Below, in pieces: positions 54,726 to 62,313 of a DNA stretch of 64,000 bases. The position numbers and the translations under genes are program-made. Below the pieces are notes generated by a model. It was given only the letters and a program-made list of their open reading frames with translations. It was not told where the DNA came from and searched no databases. Source of the DNA: Candidatus Dojkabacteria bacterium (GTDB lineage Bacteria; Patescibacteriota; Dojkabacteria; J137); the NCBI GenBank assembly GCA_040006935.1, contig JBDTVZ010000001.1:18218-82217 (forward strand). Direction: 5' to 3'. Positions within the stretch are counted from its first letter, which is position 1. Every line of letters begins with the position of its first letter.

Positions 54726-54969
54726 AGCAGGTAGGGGGAATCGAACCCCCCTCATCAGTTTGCCTGCCCGCCTAAGGTAAAGTCAGGTTGCAATAAAGAA
54801 TGTGAATACAGCGGGTAGAGGGAATCGAACCCTCCTCTTCAGTTTGGAAAACTGACATAATAACCGATATACTATACCCGCTGTATTCACACTAATTATT
54901 TTTAATACCAGTTAAGTTTACTATGGCAGGCGGGGGAAACTGGCATAATAACCGATATACTATACCTGC
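54726..54969 (-). tRNA. tRNA-Gly(CCC) gene interrupted in the anticodon loop by a 172-nt insert (exon 1 54934..54969, exon 2 54726..54761)
   Basis: Joined halves give a 71-nt cloverleaf plus U73: GCAGGTA TA GTAT ATCGGTTA TTAT G CCAGT TTCCC|AA ACTGA TGAG GGGGG TTCGATT CCCCC TACCTGC T. All stems pair except C27.A43. Confidence 0.7.
54810..54881 (-). tRNA. tRNA-Gly(UCC), located inside the interruption of tRNA-Gly(CCC)
   Basis: GCGGGTA TA GTAT ATCGGTTA TTAT G TCAGT TTTCCAA ACTGA AGAG GAGGG TTCGATT CCCTC TACCCGC T. Clean cloverleaf with a 7-bp acceptor stem, U8, A14, GG in the D loop, U33 and a TTCGATT T loop; the D stem has a G10.U25 wobble and a U13/U22 mismatch. No encoded CCA. Confidence 0.95.
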
Positions 54970-54984
54970 ATTAATTACTCCACA

Positions 54985-55012
54985 ATTATAGCAAGTAACT
55001 CAAAATTTTCAA
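54985..55012 (-). promoter_or_regulatory. promoter of the tRNA transcription unit (TTGAAA-16-TATAAT)
   Basis: On the minus strand, TTGAAA (55012-55007), a 16-nt spacer, and TATAAT (54990-54985), 15 nt upstream of the outer tRNA 5' end. Confidence 0.65.
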
Positions 55013-55149
55013 GAATAACAATAATGGCTATGCTACTCATAAACCGACATTTTGAAAAGGCCGTGCCACCTCCTATTCAGTTTTCCGTCAAACTTTAGCG
55101 ACACATCGAATTATCGTTACCAGGTAAGCACTTAGATGTATTCTGATGA

Positions 55150-55178
55150 TTGACAAAAGTATATTTCTGTTATATAAT
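55150..55178 (+). promoter_or_regulatory. perfect consensus sigma70 promoter (TTGACA-17-TATAAT)
   Basis: TTGACA 55150-55155, exactly 17 nt of spacer, and TATAAT 55173-55178. Divergent from the tRNA promoter, ~530 nt upstream of the next ORF. Confidence 0.7.
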
Positions 55179-55276
55179 TAAATAGTTAAAAATCAATTAC
55201 AGATCGCGTGTTTACAAGACGGGATGGTCAAGGGAAAGTACGTGAGTCCCAAAACAACCACAAAACTCCCCAACCC

Positions 55277-55389
55277 TAGTTAATAGTTAAAAATTAATAG
55301 TTAAAAGAAGGAAATATCTTCTTGTTCAATTTCAATAAATGGTTATTAATAGTGCACTTAACTCTTCACTATTAAATCTTAACTATTTA
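55277..55389. repeat. 'TAATAGTTAA'-type inverted repeat pair forming a large hairpin with no ORF in the loop
   Basis: The left arm TAGTTAATAGTTAAAAATTAATAGTTAAAAG (55277-55307) pairs imperfectly with the right arm CTTAACTCTTCACTATTAAATCTTAACTATTTA (55357-55389). Confidence 0.5.
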
Positions 55390-55573
55390 TGGGCATTGAA
55401 CCATCTTATTTTCGTAAGAATTTAAGACTCATGCTTAATTCTACTTTATTGTAGAAGAACCTTAAAAACTCAAAAGAAGAAATTCTTTTGGGTTTCGTGA
55501 TTAACAATACACATGCTAACGCTGTGTGTTAATTGCAAAAACCCAATAGAAAGCTTAATAATTCGATTTAACT

Positions 55574-55641
55574 CTAGTTTACAACTGGACGCATATTGCC
55601 TATAAAATTTGTAGGTAATATGCGTATTCAGTTGTAACTAG
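55574..55641 (+). promoter_or_regulatory. long near-perfect hairpin in the leader of 55707..56696
   Basis: CTAGTTTACAACTGGACGCATATTGCCTA (55574-55602) pairs with TAGGTAATATGCGTATTCAGTTGTAACTAG (55612-55641), ~25 bp of pairing. Confidence 0.55.
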
Positions 55642-55706
55642 GGTGCACGTAGATGCAACTGAAGAAAGAAGTCCCGATACGCTAGGGCAATATAGGAGGG
55701 TCTTAA

Positions 55707-56696
55707 ATGACCGCAACTACAACAAGCCCTGTAACCCGGGCTTCCAATTCGGGTTGGTTCTGGATATATTTGATACTTTTTATGTTCGCTTGTATTGGTT
55801 TAAGCGGTCTCGCGCTACGATACACCAATGGCAACGGAGCAATCAAGAACAGTGCAGCAAGCGTAAGCTTGACAATGCAGCCACTGAACACTAACTACGG
55901 AGCCGGTGGTGTAAATGATTCACCAACGGCAACGCCTTATTGGCAACCTTCGACTATTTCGACGCAGACAGCAGTTCCAAACACATTGATTAACGACTCG
56001 ACATTCGGTTGGGTATATCAAAGTGATGTAACATGTATTCGCAATACATTTGAAGCAATGCATGTTACTCGCATCGTCAACATCGGACAGTCTGTCGGAA
56101 CTGACGGTTCGCCTTCACCAACCCTTGCTTTAATTGGCGTAATCAGCGAAGGCTCTTTTGTGTCTGAATTTGACAACACCAATGGACGGTCATTGACCTT
56201 TCGAGGTGGCGAGGAAGAACAAATCACTCCTACAAGTCCGACACAAATTATCCTCGTAATACTCAATCAAAATGTGGTCAATTTCGCAAATTTCTACTCA
56301 CAACCCTTGCAAGGGGTTGTTGCTGAAGGCGGAGTACCGCTGCTGTCTGTGGGTATAGAAATTAATCAAGGTCAAGGGAATGTTAGCGAAAATCTCTACT
56401 GGGGTAATTCTCTTATTGGTTACGTTAACGGACCTGTAACAATTGTACAGGATATTGGATCAGTATTCACCAACTACACTATGTCGGAGCTGGGCAATCA
56501 CTTGACTTTCAATGACTTTTCTCCTGATAACCTCAGAGGAATCGGTATACCTGTTGAAATGCTTGGAAATGACTGCTGGTCAATCAGCCTAGCTGTCACA
56601 GTCCCAACAAATCAAATACTCAGCTTTGGTGTGGGAACTTTTCAGTATCCACACTATACAGCTATCGCAGACTACCTGATGGTTCACAGCCAGTAA
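55707..56696 (+). CDS. N-terminally anchored extracytoplasmic hypothetical protein in a higher-GC island
   Basis: 329 aa. AGGAGG Shine-Dalgarno 8 nt upstream. TM anchor WFWIYLILFMFACIGLSGLAL. T/S/N/G-rich, beta-looking body. Composition is visibly more GC-rich than the neighbours. Confidence 0.7.
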   Translation: MTATTTSPVTRASNSGWFWIYLILFMFACIGLSGLALRYTNGNGAIKNSAASVSLTMQPLNTNYGAGGVNDSPTATPYWQPSTISTQTAVPNTLINDSTFGWVYQSDVTCIRNTFEAMHVTRIVNIGQSVGTDGSPSPTLALIGVISEGSFVSEFDNTNGRSLTFRGGEEEQITPTSPTQIILVILNQNVVNFANFYSQPLQGVVAEGGVPLLSVGIEINQGQGNVSENLYWGNSLIGYVNGPVTIVQDIGSVFTNYTMSELGNHLTFNDFSPDNLRGIGIPVEMLGNDCWSISLAVTVPTNQILSFGVGTFQYPHYTAIADYLMVHSQ

Positions 56697-56724
56697 ATCG
56701 CCATGTTAAGCTTCTATTGGCTCT

Positions 56725-56767
56725 TTGCCCCGACCCTCAAAAAGTCGGGGCAAATCCCTTTTTTTTC
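56725..56767 (+). terminator. Rho-independent terminator
   Basis: TTGCCCCGAC (56725-56734) / GTCGGGGCAA (56744-56753) followed by a T8 run. Confidence 0.85.
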
Positions 56768-56841
56768 AGATCAAATTTAATAAGATAACACATTGTCTTA
56801 ATAAATTTGCTTTGTATACAAATTTATAGAACAATATATTT

Positions 56842-58764
56842 ATGTTTAGATACAGAATACTAACAACTCTCATACAAATCGCAGTACTTTCTCTAATTCT
56901 TTTTTTAGGGTTTACTAATCCAAATTATTCTACAAATTACTTTATTATTGGCTACATTTGGCTAATCCTATTCACTTTCCCAAGCTTACTTTCTAAAATT
57001 ATTTTTAATAAGTCTTATTTTAGTTTAACTTCCGCACTTTGCTTTCTTTATTATCCAATTACTTATCTATTTGTATTTTTTGTAGCAAAGGTCTTTGCAA
57101 TTGATATAAATATATTAATACTTACATTGAGTATATTAGTAGTTCTACTTTGGAACCTTGCATTAATTAGTATTACTTTTACTCAAAAGGCTCATGAAAC
57201 CAGGCAAATAATCACGTTTGCACTTGGAGTACTAATTTTGAGTGTAACGTTATTTGGATTTTTAACAATTGCAGGTAGGTCTGTAAATTCAGTAGTAGCA
57301 AACGATTACCTTGTACACAAAACAGTTGTCTTCCCCATGGCTAATAGCGCAGAAACACTTTGCTTTCTACCAAGCCAGTGTTCAAATTTATTTCTATTAG
57401 ATTCCTATACAAGCTTTTACCATACTTTCATAATAATTCCTCTTGGAGGATTTAAATTTGATCCTATAATCTCAAGTTATATCTTAGACATTGTTTTTTC
57501 ATCTTTTATTATAATTTTAAGCTACATAACAGCCAGAAAGTTTGGCCTAAAAGTCAATTATGCAATTTTTGCAGGATTAATTTCACTAGTGGTTTTCGAT
57601 TCTGGAGCATTTACCGCCACAATATTCATTCCTCAAACTATGGCCTTTATGCTTACATTGTTTATTATTAACTCTCAAAAGCTAAATTTAAAATCACTCC
57701 TAATATCACTTATAGTGCTAATTCCAATACATTTTATAATGGGAATTTATTGTTTTGGAATTATGCTGCTTTACTATTTAATTGTAGAAAAAGAAATTTT
57801 AGAAAAATTTGAAATTAGAAAAAGATTACTAATAATACTGTCACTTTCAGCTACTTTATTAGTTTTATTGCTCAGTATTTCAGGCTTTGGAATAGAAAAG
57901 ATCTTTCAAGCAGAAGAAATTAAAAAACTTGGGTTTGCTACAAACTACTACTTTCCTGACAATTTAAAATTTCTATTCGAAATGGTCGGTTTAGGGAGTT
58001 TTATTTTTATAGCATGTCTTATTTATTACTATATCAAGGGAAAAGAAGATAAATATAATAATTTCCTAATAACAATAATTACTTGTGAACTGGTAGCATT
58101 TTTACTTGCACCAATATATGCAAATAAGTTTTTAATTGGCATTGGTGTATTTTTAGCAATTTTTATAATCAAAATTATTGCTAACCTAAAACAAAATGAA
58201 ATTAATAAATTATTTTATTGTTTTTATACCCTAATTTTAATCGCAATAAGTTTTGTTACACAATATAGATTCTTTCTTCTATTTTATACTCAGAGTAATG
58301 GTGAAACTTCGGCAATAGTTCAGAAAGACTTACCTATGGTTAACTTTGTAAAAAATAGCAAATTAAATTGCTTTTATGTTTCAGACCCACAAACACAACT
58401 CACAATCAGTGCTTTAGGCGATAAAATAACAGCAAGTGGGCACTATATGAGCTTAGACTCTCGAAGAGTATTATTTGAATTAATAAAATCTCCAAACGAT
58501 TTAAGGCTAAGTAAATTATATTCATTAGAAGAGTTCAAAGGAGTACGAACAGATATCTGCTTTGTTTACTCTGCAAGGTTAAAGGAATACGTAGCAAATG
58601 ATAACCAAAACTGGACGTTTAATATCTACAACTATATTGTAGATTATCAAAGAGAGATTGACCCAACAGACAATATTGAGAGGTATATGGTAAGTAAAAA
58701 TATCCACAGTGTCTACAATGACAAATACTATTCAATATACTTACTTCCTAAAAGTAGTAACTAA
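56842..58764 (+). CDS. large polytopic membrane protein (possible GT-C-type glycosyltransferase or polymerase-like)
   Basis: 640 aa with more than 12 predicted TM helices and a C-terminal soluble domain. Sits next to GT4/GT2/flippase genes. The functional call rests on context only. Confidence 0.5.
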   Translation: MFRYRILTTLIQIAVLSLILFLGFTNPNYSTNYFIIGYIWLILFTFPSLLSKIIFNKSYFSLTSALCFLYYPITYLFVFFVAKVFAIDINILILTLSILVVLLWNLALISITFTQKAHETRQIITFALGVLILSVTLFGFLTIAGRSVNSVVANDYLVHKTVVFPMANSAETLCFLPSQCSNLFLLDSYTSFYHTFIIIPLGGFKFDPIISSYILDIVFSSFIIILSYITARKFGLKVNYAIFAGLISLVVFDSGAFTATIFIPQTMAFMLTLFIINSQKLNLKSLLISLIVLIPIHFIMGIYCFGIMLLYYLIVEKEILEKFEIRKRLLIILSLSATLLVLLLSISGFGIEKIFQAEEIKKLGFATNYYFPDNLKFLFEMVGLGSFIFIACLIYYYIKGKEDKYNNFLITIITCELVAFLLAPIYANKFLIGIGVFLAIFIIKIIANLKQNEINKLFYCFYTLILIAISFVTQYRFFLLFYTQSNGETSAIVQKDLPMVNFVKNSKLNCFYVSDPQTQLTISALGDKITASGHYMSLDSRRVLFELIKSPNDLRLSKLYSLEEFKGVRTDICFVYSARLKEYVANDNQNWTFNIYNYIVDYQREIDPTDNIERYMVSKNIHSVYNDKYYSIYLLPKSSN

Positions 58765-59880
58765 CGTATAGTATTGCTCAAAGAGAACTTTATCTGAAAG
58801 CTTTTCAAAAGCCTTAGTCGAAACTTCTTGGTTTAATTTAAAGTTAGTTTTCTCACAAAGTTTAATTGCCTCAGAAACTTTATTAACTAAATCAACAATA
58901 TTTTTTCTTTCAAATACCAAATTATCAATTCCCAAAGTTTTAGCCATTTCAATATTACTTTCAGCATTAGAAAACACTCCTACATTGCCTAAAGCACTAG
59001 CTTCTTGATTAGCAAGAGAAAACCCCTCACTTAGTGAAGAATTGATGAAAATAGAGCTTGTAGAGAGCAAACTAAATACTTCCTCTTGCGGTAACAACCG
59101 ATTCTGAACTGATACATTGGAAGGGTAACTATAATCACCTGGTTTTATTTCAAAATCCCCTTTACCTATTAACTGAAACTTCCAATTTGGATATTTTGTA
59201 CTTAAAATTTCATATGCTTTTGCTACAGTTTCAGGATCCTTCACGATGGATATTCTAGATATGAAAGATATTGTTTTCTCTTTCTTTGTAATATCGTATT
59301 TACTGACTTTATCGCTATTAAAACCTGTATTTATCACAATAACTCTATCTTTAATCTTTGGATGAAGGTTAATTAATATGTTCTTAGTATATTCCGAAAT
59401 TGCAACGACAGCTTTTGCTTTAAATACTATGCTTCCAAATACAAATTTATCTAAAAAAGCCATCAATTTATTTGCACCTCCAGATTTGAAGATATTTGGC
59501 TGAAAACCACTATCAATATAGATGTAATTTATTCTCATTAATACACAAAGTACAAAAGCAATATAACTTGTAGTGAAATGCCTACCATTAATAATTACAA
59601 CTTTATTCTTAGTTTTAAGAAAAAACTTTAAAACAGTAAAAAAGAACTTTAAAGTTACAAATGGATATAACCCTCCAAAAAGCATCTTAGCCCTAATTGA
59701 CATTTTTAAAATCCCATTCTCTTGCCTGGTGTAATTTTCACTTGAACAAAAAATAGCAGTAGTTTTAATATGTGGCTTAGATACTAAAAAACTTAGTAAA
59801 TTATATGCAAAGGTTTCAACACCACCTACATGAGGAAGAAAAAGGTGGGAAATTGAGATTACATTTATTTCTTGTTCCAT
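58741..59880 (-). CDS. glycosyltransferase family 4
   Basis: PHVGGVETFAYNL N-terminus and C-terminal SLSEGFSLANQEASALGNVGV (the EX7E region of GT4). Confidence 0.8.
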   Translation of the reverse strand: MEQEINVISISHLFLPHVGGVETFAYNLLSFLVSKPHIKTTAIFCSSENYTRQENGILKMSIRAKMLFGGLYPFVTLKFFFTVLKFFLKTKNKVVIINGRHFTTSYIAFVLCVLMRINYIYIDSGFQPNIFKSGGANKLMAFLDKFVFGSIVFKAKAVVAISEYTKNILINLHPKIKDRVIVINTGFNSDKVSKYDITKKEKTISFISRISIVKDPETVAKAYEILSTKYPNWKFQLIGKGDFEIKPGDYSYPSNVSVQNRLLPQEEVFSLLSTSSIFINSSLSEGFSLANQEASALGNVGVFSNAESNIEMAKTLGIDNLVFERKNIVDLVNKVSEAIKLCEKTNFKLNQEVSTKAFEKLSDKVLFEQYYTLVTTFRK

Positions 59881-59913
59881 AACTTTGTAAAGTAATACAA
59901 TGATATTGTATAC

Positions 59914-60612
59914 TTATGCCTTCAAAGATGCGAATCTATTAGAGATTAACCAGCCTAAGTGACTTAAACCAGTTTTTAGATATTGTTGTTTAGAGTTACC
60001 TTTAGATCTTCTGTTTTGTCTAATTGAATACTCACCCATTTTCAAATCTTTATTTTTTGCAACGTTAATTTTTATTTGAGGGCTTAAGTTCCAATCTCCT
60101 TGAGTTAAATTAAGTTGAGATTTAACCTCTTTTCTAATAAACCACATACCGGAGAGTATGTCGTTAAAGTACTTTCCATAAAGTATAAAGGCAGTGATAT
60201 TAAGCACATAAACTCCTAACTTTTGTATAGCACTAATTTTAGAACCTTTAGCTGGAGGAAGTCTATGGCAATACATAAAGTCGTACTTAGAATCTATAAA
60301 TTTATCCAACATTACGGTTAAATTATCTAACGGGTGTTCTGCATCTCCGTCTATAGAAAGAATTATATCTCCCGTAGCTTTTTCTATACCAGTCATATGG
60401 GCAAAACCATAACCTATTCCATTTAACTCTCTGTCATCTTTGAATGCTTTAAATCCAAGCGATAAGGCTTTCTCATAGGTATCATCTGTAGATCTATTGC
60501 TTACCACAATAATCTCATCTACAAAACTAGGTATAGAAGATTTAATCGTTTCCAGATTATTAGATTCATTCCTACAAGGAATATAGATTGTTACTTTGTT
60601 ATTTCTATACAT
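59914..60612 (-). CDS. glycosyltransferase family 2 (polyprenol-phosphate sugar transferase-like)
   Basis: VTIYIPCRNESNNL, IIVVSNRSTDDT, ILSIDGDAEHP (DxD-type motif). Confidence 0.8.
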   Translation of the reverse strand: MYRNNKVTIYIPCRNESNNLETIKSSIPSFVDEIIVVSNRSTDDTYEKALSLGFKAFKDDRELNGIGYGFAHMTGIEKATGDIILSIDGDAEHPLDNLTVMLDKFIDSKYDFMYCHRLPPAKGSKISAIQKLGVYVLNITAFILYGKYFNDILSGMWFIRKEVKSQLNLTQGDWNLSPQIKINVAKNKDLKMGEYSIRQNRRSKGNSKQQYLKTGLSHLGWLISNRFASLKA

Positions 60613-60718
60613 ATGATGCTATTAGTATATACTAATTATATCATAAATAGAGCAAAAACTCAATTTTGAGGAGACCAACAATGCTTTACTGTAGATCCAA
60701 TCGAAGAGATTACTAGAA

Positions 60719-60997
60719 TTATTGTACGCTGCTGACTTCCAGTCCCTTATCTTCTAAACACAATTGATAAAGGTAAGTAGAAGGTTCCGTTCTAGTCACT
60801 CCATTGGCAGTATTAGTTACTGTTGCACTCTTAAAACAGCCGTCAATTGCATCGTTTTTTGTCTTTTGTACTTCAAGAGAGTACGTATCTTGAGCTATTT
60901 TTAGGTAATCTGCTGACCTTATGAATGCAACATAAGCAAGGATACCTATAGCTATAATGAATGCGATTCCTAGTAGAAAATTTATAAATACCTTCAT
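60719..60997 (-). CDS. small membrane-anchored hypothetical protein
   Basis: 92 aa with an N-terminal TM helix and two Cys in the exported part. Confidence 0.5.
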   Translation of the reverse strand: MKVFINFLLGIAFIIAIGILAYVAFIRSADYLKIAQDTYSLEVQKTKNDAIDGCFKSATVTNTANGVTRTEPSTYLYQLCLEDKGLEVSSVQ

Positions 60998-61054
60998 AGT
61001 GATAACTTAATAAATATATGATGATTATATATTAAGGATGAATTTATCTCAAAT

Positions 61055-61086
61055 AAAAAGGCGACAATTTATATTGCCGCCTTTTA
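61055..61086 (-). terminator. bidirectional-looking Rho-independent terminator
   Basis: AAAAAGGCGACAATttatATTGCCGCCTTTT. On the minus strand the stem is followed by TTTTTATTT, downstream of 61110..61388. Confidence 0.7.
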
Positions 61087-61109
61087 AATACTTTAGAAGT
61101 TCTGTAAAC

Positions 61110-61388
61110 TTACTTTTTAAGTTTGTTCTTAATATATTTACCGTTTAGTATAAGTACTAAGCCCGCATTGAATGCTGCTCCAATAGCTATTACATCAAAT
61201 GCTCCTATCTGACCGGGATTATCATCTTGAAAAATAATACCAGTATTTGCGCATGTAGTAATACCATATGCTCCAACTGTACAAGTTTGACCACCAGCTG
61301 CTGAAACAGTATTTATATTACTAAATACAAATGTAAATAGGAACATTGATATTGCTACTATTATTAATTTTATTATATTTTTTGTCAT
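61110..61388 (-). CDS. small secreted protein with C-terminal hydrophobic segment plus basic tail (candidate sortase substrate)
   Basis: 92 aa. Signal peptide ending VSA|AGG, a two-Cys core (CTVGAYGITTC), then NPGQIG, AFDVIAIGAAFNAGLVLIL and KYIKNKLKK. Confidence 0.6.
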   Translation of the reverse strand: MTKNIIKLIIVAISMFLFTFVFSNINTVSAAGGQTCTVGAYGITTCANTGIIFQDDNPGQIGAFDVIAIGAAFNAGLVLILNGKYIKNKLKK

Positions 61389-61456
61389 ATTATTTTTATA
61401 TAAAACTATTGTTTTAATATATAAGCATTATACACTCAATATACCAATTTGTCAAG

Positions 61457-62134
61457 TTATCTAATCAAAGTGGCATAGACAATTATCCTTTCTGGTGAAT
61501 AATAATCTATACATGTGTACATTATTAAGTCTGCTAATTTTGAGACATGATTAGAAGTCTCAATTGCATTAACCTGATACCTATATTGTTTACCATTCCA
61601 ATTTATTGTGACTATTTCTCCACCTTTTAATTGATCGAATTCCGTGAATAAGTTGGCATTTCTCCAATCCCAAGATATGTTATTTTCACCCCATCTATGA
61701 GCTGCGAGAACAATAGGTAGCTCATTATTGTCTGGAGTACCATAATTCGGATCTCTCCAAACACCTGCAGCTAAAGCAGCCTCTTGGTTTGTAGATTCGT
61801 AGATTGTTGTATTTATTTTGATTCCGCTTACTTGTACAGTAGCACCTGTAGTAGTTACCGTATTCCCTACGACAAACTGTAATGGTTTTACCTTAGTTTC
61901 ATTAACAACTGTAGCTGTAAATGGATCTTTAAAGGTATATTTTGGAGTAGGTTTTACATCTGATTGTGCAAAAATAGCTGTTGATAGGATTTTATCTTCT
62001 TTTTGAGCCTCAAAAACATTAGTTTCAGCTTTAGGTGCAAAATTGATAAAAGACAAGAAAGCTATCGGGATTATCATCAGAATAATTCCGATCAAAATAT
62101 TTATATTGGCAAAGGTTTTTAGCACTTTTTTCAT
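61457..62134 (-). CDS. sortase family transpeptidase
   Basis: N-terminal TM anchor, LAAHRWG (His), LIMYTCIDY (TxxTC-type Cys), ERIIVYATL (Arg). Confidence 0.8.
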   Translation of the reverse strand: MKKVLKTFANINILIGIILMIIPIAFLSFINFAPKAETNVFEAQKEDKILSTAIFAQSDVKPTPKYTFKDPFTATVVNETKVKPLQFVVGNTVTTTGATVQVSGIKINTTIYESTNQEAALAAGVWRDPNYGTPDNNELPIVLAAHRWGENNISWDWRNANLFTEFDQLKGGEIVTINWNGKQYRYQVNAIETSNHVSKLADLIMYTCIDYYSPERIIVYATLIR

Positions 62135-62215
62135 ATACCAATTATATCACAAAACGAAGTGTTTTACGAGGCATCAGGATTGTGGATCATGCTAAGAGTG
62201 ATGTGAGAAGAAGTT

Positions 62216-62288
62216 CCCTCTCCTTTCAAGGAGAGGGCTAGGGTGAGGTCATACCGCCCCAAAACCATGACATACATCTGGGCGGTCC
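62216..62288 (-). repeat. GC-rich two-hairpin dispersed repeat, copy C
   Basis: CCCTCTCCTTTCAAGGAGAGGGCTAGGGTGAGGTCATACCGCC-loop-GGCGGTCC. Same orientation as copy B. Confidence 0.8.
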
Positions 62289-62313
62289 ATATTTAGATTT
62301 GCTTATTGATTGT

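Noticed and set aside
54762-54933. Interpreting the tRNA-Gly(CCC) interruption as an archaeal-type BHB intron or a group I intron
   Set aside because: The junctions form a 7-nt by 2-nt asymmetric loop next to a 7-bp helix, not a 3-4-3 bulge-helix-bulge. The 5' exon ends in C (no U.G pair possible), the insert ends in C (no omega-G), and 172 nt largely occupied by a tRNA cannot hold a group I core. All protein markers in the window are bacterial.
55643-55894. 83-aa plus-strand and 62-aa minus-strand ORFs overlapping the start of 55707..56696
   Set aside because: The 329-aa frame has a strong AGGAGG ribosome-binding site, a TM anchor and a terminator. The overlapping frames are short and featureless.
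54970-56840. Integrative element with integrase and att sites at the tRNA locus
   Set aside because: There is no integrase or recombinase ORF, and I could not find a direct repeat of either tRNA end at the far side of the higher-GC gene. It is kept only as a compositional island.
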